From Patescibacteria group bacterium (GTDB lineage: Bacteria > Patescibacteriota > Minisyncoccia > Phycocordibacterales > Phycocordibacteraceae): 64,000 bases of DNA. The DNA lies in the NCBI GenBank assembly GCA_013815345.1, contig JACDGK010000001.1, positions 3,076 to 67,075 of the forward strand. The letters are read 5' to 3'. Position 1 is the stretch's first letter, and the number at the start of each line of letters is the position of its first letter. The position numbers and the translations under genes are program-made. Below the pieces are notes generated by a model, which ran no database searches, was not told the origin of the DNA, and saw nothing but the letters and a program-made list of their open reading frames with translations. This document shows positions 19,855 through 27,542 of this stretch, piece after piece.

Positions 19855-21526
19855 ATTCAGGGGATGTTGTGAGCAGTTCTTGGTGGGTACCCACTGCGAG
19901 CACTTCGCCTTCCATAAGAAGTATGATTTGATCGTATTTTTCGATCGGTGCGATCTTTTGTGTCACAGAGATGAGAGTAAGATCAGGATAATTCTTTGCA
20001 ACATTCGCCAAAATCTTGTGCTCGGTATTCGTATCAACCCGTGCGGTAAAATCATCGAGAAGCAGGATTTTAGGATTAAGCGCAAGTGCGCGTGCCAGCA
20101 TAATGCGTTGTTTCTGGCCACCTGAAAGCGATAGACCACGTTCTGAAACGATAGTATTAAGACCATCGGGTAAGGTGCCAATGAAGTCATGCAGTTCAGC
20201 GGTGTCGATTGCTTTTTGCAGATCGTCGTCGTTCACGGTATTGCTAAAGGCAATATTCTCCCGAAGTGTAAGGTTAAAAATGATACTGTCCTGAAAGACA
20301 AAACCGATCTGCTCGTGAAGTTTTTCTTTTTTGTAACTATCGATCGGCTCATTATCATATTCCACCAACCCGGTGGTCGGCTTCAAAAGTCCCGTAAGCA
20401 GATAGAGAAGCTGTGTCTTTCCTGCGGCCGTCGGCCCAATGATGGCATTTTTGGTTTTCGGTTGAACGGTAAAGGTAACCTCTTGGAGTGCTTTTCGCTC
20501 ACCGTAATGCACGGAGACATTTTTAATCTCAACCGCTCCTGAAAGCTCGTTTGTAAGCGTGCCGCTATCTGGAACATCTGCAGCGTTCAAGACATCTACA
20601 ATGCGTGCATAGGAAGCGCTTGCTTGTGCAATAACATTGCTCATAAAACCGATAATAATGATCGGGAAGATCAAAATGAGCAGGTAGCTATTGAATGCCG
20701 TAAAATTACCCAGACTCATCGAGCCATGAATGACGAAATACCCGCCGAGCACAAGAATAATAAGGGCGGCAAGATTTGAAATGAAAGTAATAGCGGGTAT
20801 GAGAAGCGCGAAATAGCCAATGATCTTTATACCGAGTTCGCGTGATGCCCCAGAAGCAGCTACAAATTTGGTGTATTCGAGATTACGAGAATCCACAAGG
20901 CGGATAAGTGAAGAACCTAAAATACTTTCACTAATAACTTTGTTCAGCCAGTCAAGTATTTCCTGAGCTTTTTTAAAGAGCTGTCGAACACGGGAGAGTA
21001 CGATGTAAAAAGTTACACCGATGATCGGAAGTATGGTGATTACGGCAAGGGCAAGACGCCAGTTAATAAGTAGGAGCAGCGTGCACGCACCAATAATAAG
21101 AAAGACCGAGGAAATGAGGGCTGCAATTGCTTGCGAAACAAAGGTTTTTACTGCATCCACATCGGAAGTGAGATTGGTCAGAAGTTTTGCGGGAGTGATG
21201 GTTTCTATCGTCGCATTTGCCTGTACCGATATTTTTGCCGCGACACGAGTGCGCAGGTCACGCGCAACTCGCTCCGAAGCAACGGTCTGCACAATGCTTT
21301 GGAAATAGGTAAAAATAAAAATACCGACCGCAATAAGAAAGAAGTCGAGAATGACGGTAGTGAGTACTAGATTTCCTCTCGTATAAGCATCAATCGCTCG
21401 TGAGGTGACCTGCGGTACCACGAGACTCAAACCGTTCGCAAGAATCGTGAGAATGGTTAGCAAAAAGATCCACCCTTTATAGGGCTTGAGGAGGCTTATG
21501 AGACTTGGTGGTTTTTTCTCTTTCAT
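19808..21526 (-). CDS. ABC exporter, fused TMD-NBD, partner 2 (heterodimeric pair)
   Basis: Signature LSGGQKQRIMLARAL and Walker B LLLDDFTA. Overlaps partner 1 by 47 nt. Confidence 0.85.
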   Translation of the reverse strand: MKEKKPPSLISLLKPYKGWIFLLTILTILANGLSLVVPQVTSRAIDAYTRGNLVLTTVILDFFLIAVGIFIFTYFQSIVQTVASERVARDLRTRVAAKISVQANATIETITPAKLLTNLTSDVDAVKTFVSQAIAALISSVFLIIGACTLLLLINWRLALAVITILPIIGVTFYIVLSRVRQLFKKAQEILDWLNKVISESILGSSLIRLVDSRNLEYTKFVAASGASRELGIKIIGYFALLIPAITFISNLAALIILVLGGYFVIHGSMSLGNFTAFNSYLLILIFPIIIIGFMSNVIAQASASYARIVDVLNAADVPDSGTLTNELSGAVEIKNVSVHYGERKALQEVTFTVQPKTKNAIIGPTAAGKTQLLYLLTGLLKPTTGLVEYDNEPIDSYKKEKLHEQIGFVFQDSIIFNLTLRENIAFSNTVNDDDLQKAIDTAELHDFIGTLPDGLNTIVSERGLSLSGGQKQRIMLARALALNPKILLLDDFTARVDTNTEHKILANVAKNYPDLTLISVTQKIAPIEKYDQIILLMEGEVLAVGTHQELLTTSPEYVQIYDSQKSTESYE

Positions 21527-21544
21527 TACTGCTGGGCCTCTTGA

Positions 21545-21691
21545 TTATTTTGATGTTGAAACTGAAGGAAGGTTATTCATTGATTTCTCGATCTGCATGC
21601 CCAGATAGATACCGAGCACGAATACGCCTATGAAAAGCACTATCGCCACTGCCTGTGAGACAGGCGTCACGTGATTCCAATCGACTTTCAT
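21545..21691 (-). CDS. Possible small single-TM protein (48 aa) MKVDWNHVTPVSQAVAIVLFIGVFVLGIYLGMQIEKSMNNLPSVSTSK
   Basis: Manual translation. It sits directly upstream of the ABC exporter pair and has a weak RBS. Confidence 0.25.
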   Translation of the reverse strand: MKVDWNHVTPVSQAVAIVLFIGVFVLGIYLGMQIEKSMNNLPSVSTSK

Positions 21692-21755
21692 TCCCCTAGT
21701 GTACCAAATTGGACTGATTTACGGAATAAATGCTGCTGCTGCATAACGAAGTTTT

Positions 21756-23105
21756 TCAATTCTTATTTTGCAAGCTATCTTGAATGGAAACGAGTGTGGC
21801 AAGAAGCGCGGCTGCACTCCACGCTTGCGTACGACACGCGCTTTGTCCGCTTGGTCCTCGGTATTCTTCAAAACCTTCATCCCCATACGCAAAAAGTTCG
21901 ATAGGCGTCTCAAAATGTGCATATGAATTTAAGAGAGCGACTCGCACTCTCTGAGCTTCATCGGTATACCCAAATCGTTCTAATCCCTCTGCTATGATTC
22001 CCGTGTCATGTGGCCATATCGAACCGTTGTGGTAACTATTTACCTCAAAATGTGATGAGAGAGATGAAAGGGTACGAATGCCTGCCTGCGGAATAAAAAG
22101 ATCTTGCTGCATCAGCCTTTCAACGATTCCCGAAACATGTGCAGAGTCGAGAATGCTTTGGGGAAGTTCCCCATGAAGAATCGGGGCTGCCCAAAGACAG
22201 TGTCCCATCGATGATCGTACGGAAGTCAGTAACGTTTCCGTTCCATCTACACCCGCAGCGAGCGCGGTTTTCCCGGTATCGGTGCGAACGAAAATCTCGA
22301 TGAATCTTTTTTTCAACATTCCCGCTTGTTCACTCAATATCTTTGCATATTGAGGATCTTCGATTGCAAAATAAACACCCCACCCAACGAATGCAGCATA
22401 GCTATAGGCTTGCACTTCTACCGAAGCGATCGGGTATGAAGGCCGAGTGTCATTATCCTCAAAAAAAAGTGACTCCGAGCTATCCATCCAGCTTTGTACC
22501 GCCAAACCGCCAAACCGCCGATCCTGATGGAAACGATAATCAATAAAAGCGTCATTATTAGTGTCGCCATAAATAGAAAGCCAGGAAAGCGAAGCGCGTA
22601 CGTACGGTAATATTTCATCCAAAAATGCCGCATCTTCGCTCACCTCGAAATATTCTTTACACGCCATAAGAAAAAGCGGTGTCGCATCGACCGTATCGTA
22701 GTTACGCATGATGTTATCGTCATACACATACCAAGGTTGAGTCAGATGCTTCGTGAGATGCTCATGGTTGCCGGGTCGGAACTCATGAATGTTTTTTCCG
22801 GGTTCTTCCCCGCTTTCTTGATTCACTTTCGTGCCCTGCAGTTTCCCTAAATTTATCAGAATCTTTCGTACGAGGGACAAGAAATACGTATCTTTTGTCT
22901 TTTTGTATACCTTCAAAAGCAAGAGGCTTGTGATAAGAGAGTCACGACCGAATACACAGCCATATACCTCATCTCGCCCCGAGGCAAGAATTCCTTCAGG
23001 TACTTCCAGCGATTGAATGGTGCGCATGCCGATATCCCACAAACGGCTACGCCGTTCGTTGCTTATGAGCTGTTCCTCGGGTAACCCGACCGGTAATGAT
23101 TCCAT
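21756..23105 (-). CDS. Six-hairpin glycoside hydrolase (amylo-alpha-1,6-glucosidase GDE_C/GH63-like)
   Basis: VFGRDSLITSLLLL motif typical of the GDE C-terminal/(alpha/alpha)6 domain, 449 aa. Confidence 0.6.
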   Translation of the reverse strand: MESLPVGLPEEQLISNERRSRLWDIGMRTIQSLEVPEGILASGRDEVYGCVFGRDSLITSLLLLKVYKKTKDTYFLSLVRKILINLGKLQGTKVNQESGEEPGKNIHEFRPGNHEHLTKHLTQPWYVYDDNIMRNYDTVDATPLFLMACKEYFEVSEDAAFLDEILPYVRASLSWLSIYGDTNNDAFIDYRFHQDRRFGGLAVQSWMDSSESLFFEDNDTRPSYPIASVEVQAYSYAAFVGWGVYFAIEDPQYAKILSEQAGMLKKRFIEIFVRTDTGKTALAAGVDGTETLLTSVRSSMGHCLWAAPILHGELPQSILDSAHVSGIVERLMQQDLFIPQAGIRTLSSLSSHFEVNSYHNGSIWPHDTGIIAEGLERFGYTDEAQRVRVALLNSYAHFETPIELFAYGDEGFEEYRGPSGQSACRTQAWSAAALLATLVSIQDSLQNKN

Positions 23106-23117
23106 AGTAGTAGCATC

Positions 23118-23819
23118 CTACACCAAAGGACGCGTGATCGGCTCGGTATGGGATACCGTGTCGTAGTGATACAGGGTTCGATACAGCGGGATAGCAAATG
23201 ACACAGCAAGCCAAAACGCACCAAGCATAAAGCCTCCCAAGACATCGGTCAGATAGTGGTAGTTCAGAACGATACGCGAGACCCCCACCAAAAGAATAAT
23301 AAGGGTCGGCACGATAATCGCGGCAATTTTCGCTGGTCTCGACTTCGCATGTATAAAAAGGAGTACGCCAAGAAATCCATACAGCACCATGCTTTCATTT
23401 GAGTGACCGCTCGGAAATGAGTAGGAGTGTATCGCCTGAAGTCCGGCAAGCGTTGTGGGTCGTGCGCGATGAAGTAATTCTTTTATGTACTCTCCTGAAA
23501 TCGTAGCGCCGAGAAGTGCGAGCAGCAGTCGAGCAATAATATCCGGCCGGTGTCGGTAGAGATAGGCGATAACAAGAAAGACTGCGATGACCGCCTCCGT
23601 GCTCCCAAAAGTGGTGATCACCACGAATACGTTTGACCACCCTGGAGTCTGTAGGGGTATGGCGAGGGTATGCACAAAGGTATCAACCACCGATAACGTG
23701 ACGGGGAAAAGGGTTATGAGCGCCGCGAGTAGTATGAATACGGTGGCGAAGCCGAATGCTGAATGCGGTAAATAGCGTTTCATTCTATAAAGTGTACCGT
23801 ATCCAAGAACAGGCGCCAC
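23118..23819 (-). CDS. PAP2 family phosphatase (phosphatidic acid/undecaprenyl-PP phosphatase-like)
   Basis: KX6RP (KELLHRARP), PSGH (SFPSGHS) and SRX5HX3D (SRIVLNYHYLTD) motifs plus multiple TM helices. Confidence 0.8.
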   Translation of the reverse strand: MAPVLGYGTLYRMKRYLPHSAFGFATVFILLAALITLFPVTLSVVDTFVHTLAIPLQTPGWSNVFVVITTFGSTEAVIAVFLVIAYLYRHRPDIIARLLLALLGATISGEYIKELLHRARPTTLAGLQAIHSYSFPSGHSNESMVLYGFLGVLLFIHAKSRPAKIAAIIVPTLIILLVGVSRIVLNYHYLTDVLGGFMLGAFWLAVSFAIPLYRTLYHYDTVSHTEPITRPLV

Positions 23820-23855
23820 GAGGGCGCCTGTTCTTGGACCTGGATAAAGATAAAA

Positions 23856-24614
23856 TTATTTCTTCAGCAAAGCATCGACTGCTGCCGAAACGGTTGGGTA
23901 ACTCTGCCCTCCTTGAAGAAGGGTCGTGCCGACAATAATACTTGGCGTGCCCTGAATACCGAAGGCTGCTCCCTCAGTTCGATCAGCAGCGATCGCCGTG
24001 TCGTACTGCGCTTTCTTTTGTGTCATGAGCGCAGTAACTTTTGCTACATCAACACCAGGAATGCCTGCCGTAAGTTTCTGAATCGAAGCAAGATCACCGA
24101 AACCACTATTCTCATCATCTTGAGCGTTAAACATTGCCGTGAGCCATGGGTAGTATTGGCTTGGATAGACTTCCCACATTGCGCGGCCAAATTCTGCAGC
24201 GGTCGTAGAGTCATCACGACCCGCGATTGGCGAACGTTCGCCAAGGAATTGGAAATCCTTGAAGACGATCTTTAACTTTCCTGCCTGCACGTAGTTTGTG
24301 TTCAGCTGCGTGATAACCGTTTGGTCGAGCTGCTTACAATATGGGCACTGGTAGTCAAACCACACTGCCATAGTGACAGGCGCGCTTGCGTTGCCAATAT
24401 ATGGCCCGCCATCCATCTTCACTTTTTGTATGTCTACGGCTACTGCTTGTTGGCCAGTATCTCCCGAAGAAGGTTGATTGGGAGCGATCTTGCCGTGTCC
24501 ATACACGAGGGCACCCGCTAATATGACCGCCCCGAGAAGAACCGCGATCGGCGTTAGGTAACGTTCGGTGAAGACGTTGCTTGAAGTATTGTTTGAGTTG
24601 TTATGTTCTGCCAT
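23856..24614 (-). CDS. DsbA-family thiol:disulfide oxidoreductase with an N-terminal membrane anchor
   Basis: CPYC active site (FDYQCPYCKQ) in a thioredoxin fold. Confidence 0.8.
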   Translation of the reverse strand: MAEHNNSNNTSSNVFTERYLTPIAVLLGAVILAGALVYGHGKIAPNQPSSGDTGQQAVAVDIQKVKMDGGPYIGNASAPVTMAVWFDYQCPYCKQLDQTVITQLNTNYVQAGKLKIVFKDFQFLGERSPIAGRDDSTTAAEFGRAMWEVYPSQYYPWLTAMFNAQDDENSGFGDLASIQKLTAGIPGVDVAKVTALMTQKKAQYDTAIAADRTEGAAFGIQGTPSIIVGTTLLQGGQSYPTVSAAVDALLKK

Positions 24615-24642
24615 ACCAAATGCACTTAGGGTAATGGGACTA

Positions 24643-25137
24643 TTATCGCTTTTTTGCGGCCTTTTTGGAAGCCTTCTTTGGAGCAGCTTTTTTCACTTTC
24701 TTTGCGACTTTTTTGGCTGCTTTTTTTGCTTTGGAGCGGCCTTTCTTAGCTGCTTTTTCCACCTTTCCTGCAGGTTTTAGTTCTGCTTCAATCTTTTGCC
24801 AATTTTGCTTGAGTTCATTTGCAGCACGCACAAGATCTTCGCGACGAACGCTACGGACACTTTGGTATGCCTTTGCGGTCTCGTCGACGATAGCAGCTAC
24901 TGCTTGTCTATCGAGCTTTTGAACTTTCTTTGCTTCTTTGATCACTTCTTTCTTCATATCATTTGCCCATTTTGCAGCTTGACGACGATGCTTAGGTGCC
25001 TTCGCCGTTCCGTAAAAATAGTATCCAGCTCCTGCTGCAGCCGCGGCGGCGAGTACTCCTGCGCCGATTTCAGCGGCGAGCATTTTATTATTATTTTTCT
25101 TACTAGCCTTTTTCTGAACTTTTTTCTTTTGAGCCAT
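24643..25137 (-). CDS. Histone H1-like Lys/Ala-rich protein (start at MAQKKK)
   Basis: N-terminal KKKVQKKASKK, a central hydrophobic GAGVLAAAAAAGAG segment and a C-terminal KKAAKKVAKKVKKAAPKKASKKAAKK repeat tail. Confidence 0.55.
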   Translation of the reverse strand: MAQKKKVQKKASKKNNNKMLAAEIGAGVLAAAAAAGAGYYFYGTAKAPKHRRQAAKWANDMKKEVIKEAKKVQKLDRQAVAAIVDETAKAYQSVRSVRREDLVRAANELKQNWQKIEAELKPAGKVEKAAKKGRSKAKKAAKKVAKKVKKAAPKKASKKAAKKR

Positions 25138-25156
25138 GAATATACAATTTGAGTTA

Positions 25157-25441
25157 TTAAGAGCTGCGTTTCTTCTTTGTGAGAAGGCGCTTTTTAGTCT
25201 TGTCCGCAAATCCTAAGAGAGACAAGAGACTGGATCCCCCACGCTTGATGGTTGCTCGTGCTTCATCAAGGTCTCCCTTGAGTGCTTCTGCTTCATCTTC
25301 CACCGTGTGAGCAATTGAGTCGAGTGTTCGCAACAGTCTAATCACATAGAAAATTGCTATACCTACAAGTATCGTAAGCACGACAAGACCGATCGTTGCT
25401 ACAACGAAAAAGATGTCCATCTTGAGAAATTCCTGGGGCAC
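25157..25441 (-). CDS. Small membrane protein (DUF948-like; start may be the internal MDIFF)
   Basis: One TM helix followed by a coiled-coil-like charged region. Confidence 0.45.
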   Translation of the reverse strand: MPQEFLKMDIFFVVATIGLVVLTILVGIAIFYVIRLLRTLDSIAHTVEDEAEALKGDLDEARATIKRGGSSLLSLLGFADKTKKRLLTKKKRSS

Positions 25442-25480
25442 CTCTTTAGTGTAGCATCCTCAAAAAGTGCAAATGGGTAA

Positions 25481-25527
25481 AGTGCAATACAAAAAGACCC
25501 CCAAAAGGGGTCTTTTTGTATTGCACT
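25481..25527. terminator. Perfect 22-bp-stem palindrome AGTGCAATACAAAAAGACCCCC-AAAA-GGGGGTCTTTTTGTATTGCACT
   Basis: Read directly. It lies immediately downstream of the DEAD-box helicase stop (minus strand). The A/T runs inside the arms make it act in both orientations. Confidence 0.7.
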
Positions 25528-25556
25528 TAGTGCTAGCTCCAGAGGTGGCCGTTTAT

Positions 25557-26849
25557 TTAAATAAACGTTAGCGCCTTCCCCGCGAGTCCCGCACGGCCGG
25601 TACGACCGATACGGTGGGTATAATCTTCGTACGTAGACGGTAGATCGTAGTTGATGACATGCGAAACACCCGAGATATCGAGGCCACGAGCTGCAACATC
25701 AGTCGCGACGAGCACCTGGACATGGTCCTGTTTGAAAAGACCAAGTGCCTTCTGGCGACGACCGTGTGTTTTGTCGCCATGAATCGAGTCTGCGCGGATA
25801 CCGCGAGAACCGAGATCTTTCGCAAGACGCTCAACCCCGTGCTTCGTGCGTCCGAAAACCAATACCTTACTAAACGTAGGATCATTTTTGAGCATACCGA
25901 CGAGTATCTCGAATTTCGACTCACCGTTACCGACACGAATAACGTCCTGATCGATAGTGCGAGCTGTATCGCGGGTCTTCACTGAAACGCGCGCGGGCTT
26001 GTTGAGAAATTCACCAATAAGTCCTTCGATCTCCCGCGACAAGGTCGCTGAAAAGAAGAGCGTATGACGTTTCTTCGACATTTTCGCCATGATGAAGCGC
26101 ATGTCAGGGATGAATCCCATGTCGAGCATACGGTCAGCCTCGTCGAGGACGACGGTTTGAAATACGGAAAGCTCAAGCTCGCCACGTTCCATAAGGTCTT
26201 TCAAACGTCCCGGGGTTCCAATAACGAAATTCGGCTTACGACGTAGCACGCGGATCTGAGGCTCGATGCCTGCTCCACCCACGCAACAGACGGCATTGAT
26301 TTGGAGGCCTTTTGCAAAGCCGTAGAATTCTTGTTCGATTTGAATAGCGAGTTCTCGTGTCGGCACCATGATGAGCGCTCGTTCGTTTCGATCATTCAGC
26401 ACTTTGTCGATAAGAGGAAGCAGAAACGCTGCTGTTTTGCCCGTTCCGGTATTCGCGATACCCACGATGTCCTCCCCATCAAGCACGTGAGGGATTGATT
26501 TATCTTGGATAGGCGTCGGCGTGATGTAGCCTTTTTTCGCTACATTCTCTTTGAGACGGCCGTCCAGAGCAAAATCACTGAACTGATGTTCAGGGATAAA
26601 TACCTCCGGTGCTTCGCCCACAACTGCTTTATTAATAAGTTTTGAGAGGTCGATAGACATCTCTTGGAATCCGCGCTTGCCTTTTGGACGTGCTTGCGAA
26701 TGAGATGAAAAGCTTCCACGACTACTGTTTCCGCCGAAGCTTGAACGATTGCCGTATGAGTGTGATGAAGAACGGCCATAGCCGCTGCTTCGTCCGCCTG
26801 TTTGCGGAGCGCGACGTCCATCAGTGCGCCGTATATACGTTGTTGCCAT
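25557..26849 (-). CDS. DEAD-box ATP-dependent RNA helicase with an Arg/Gly/Ser-rich N-terminal extension
   Basis: Q motif, Walker A AxTGTGKT, PTRELA, DEAD (VLDEADRMLDMGF), SAT, ARGLD and HRIGRTGRAG. N-terminus RRTDGRRAPQTGGRSSGYGRSSSHSYGNRSSFGGNSSRG. Confidence 0.9.
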   Translation of the reverse strand: MATTYIRRTDGRRAPQTGGRSSGYGRSSSHSYGNRSSFGGNSSRGSFSSHSQARPKGKRGFQEMSIDLSKLINKAVVGEAPEVFIPEHQFSDFALDGRLKENVAKKGYITPTPIQDKSIPHVLDGEDIVGIANTGTGKTAAFLLPLIDKVLNDRNERALIMVPTRELAIQIEQEFYGFAKGLQINAVCCVGGAGIEPQIRVLRRKPNFVIGTPGRLKDLMERGELELSVFQTVVLDEADRMLDMGFIPDMRFIMAKMSKKRHTLFFSATLSREIEGLIGEFLNKPARVSVKTRDTARTIDQDVIRVGNGESKFEILVGMLKNDPTFSKVLVFGRTKHGVERLAKDLGSRGIRADSIHGDKTHGRRQKALGLFKQDHVQVLVATDVAARGLDISGVSHVINYDLPSTYEDYTHRIGRTGRAGLAGKALTFI

Positions 26850-27304
26850 TTAATTATTCTGTATGAGTTTGTGCGCAGCGTCTGTGCCCGTATGAAAAAG
26901 GCCTGTCGCGAATCCGCGCGGATTTATATAAGAAACCGAAGGAGTCAAAAAATTGCACGCCTCAGGCTTGACCGATCTCGAGAGTTTGCAGGTTCGTGTC
27001 CATTTACACGTGAACGTTGCTTTGCCACCTGGTCCTGAGCGACTCTCAAGACGATAAACCGTGGAGAACTGGTTAGCTACACAATAGCATACCTCGTTAG
27101 TTTTGCAAGCTCCTTATCAAGGAGCTAAACGTATCGACCCCCGGCTTGATAAATCAAGTCGGGGGTCAGGCTCATCCGGTGAGCGGCCGAAAGGTCAGAC
27201 GGCGGCGGCGCTGTTGTGCAGGCCGGGCACCGGGGCGGCGGCGGTCAGGTCGATGAGGATCACCTTCCCGAACCCGACTTGCGTCCGCCGCCTAGGGGAG
27301 CGGT
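26850..27304 (-). promoter_or_regulatory. Long GC-rich structured 5' leader/promoter region of the DEAD-box helicase gene (candidate regulatory RNA)
   Basis: 455 bp without a credible ORF, locally well above the window's GC content, with several hairpins (GACCCCCGGCTTGAT-AAA-TCAAGTCGGGGGTC; AGCTCCTT-ATCA-AGGAGCT; GGCGGCGG repeats). Confidence 0.3.
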
Positions 27305-27457
27305 TTATACGATAGGATTTTTTCCTTGAATGAGACGAATGAGAATCAAGATGATGGCAACCACAAGTAGAATGTGGATAAAGCCTCCAATCGTATATGA
27401 AGTTACCAGACCAAGGGCCCAAAGTATGAGCAAGATAACGGCGATCGTGATAAGCAT
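27305..27457 (-). CDS. lmo0937-family small membrane protein (50 aa) MLITIAVILLILWALGLVTSYTIGGFIHILLVVAIILILIRLIQGKNPIV
   Basis: Manual translation. The ..LIILW..G......GG.IHILLV.AII..LIRLI.G pattern matches the lmo0937 family. The listed 75-aa ORF 27195..27422 is in a different frame. Confidence 0.55.
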   Translation of the reverse strand: MLITIAVILLILWALGLVTSYTIGGFIHILLVVAIILILIRLIQGKNPIV

Positions 27458-27542
27458 AAATATAGATTTTAGTGTGTAAGGCGAGCTACGCTTCAGTAGA
27501 ATATATATACACTTACCAGTATGAAGACTTTATGAAATAGCG

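Noticed and set aside
24568-25152. ORFs on the + strand of 70-118 aa opposite the Lys/Ala-rich gene
   Set aside because: Phe/Cys/Leu-rich translations of the antisense of AAG/GCN repeats. These are artefacts.
27130-27300. SRP RNA or RNase P RNA in the helicase leader (GGUCAGGUC, CGAAAGGUC, GAACCCGACUUG motifs)
   Set aside because: Motif order and spacing do not fit either consensus. The P4-like strands are only about 65 nt apart. This is kept only as a generic structured-leader finding.
27195-27422. 75-aa minus-strand ORF from the track
   Set aside because: It is in a different frame from, and overlapping, the lmo0937-family small gene, which has a much better family match. Its N-terminal half runs through GC-rich hairpins.
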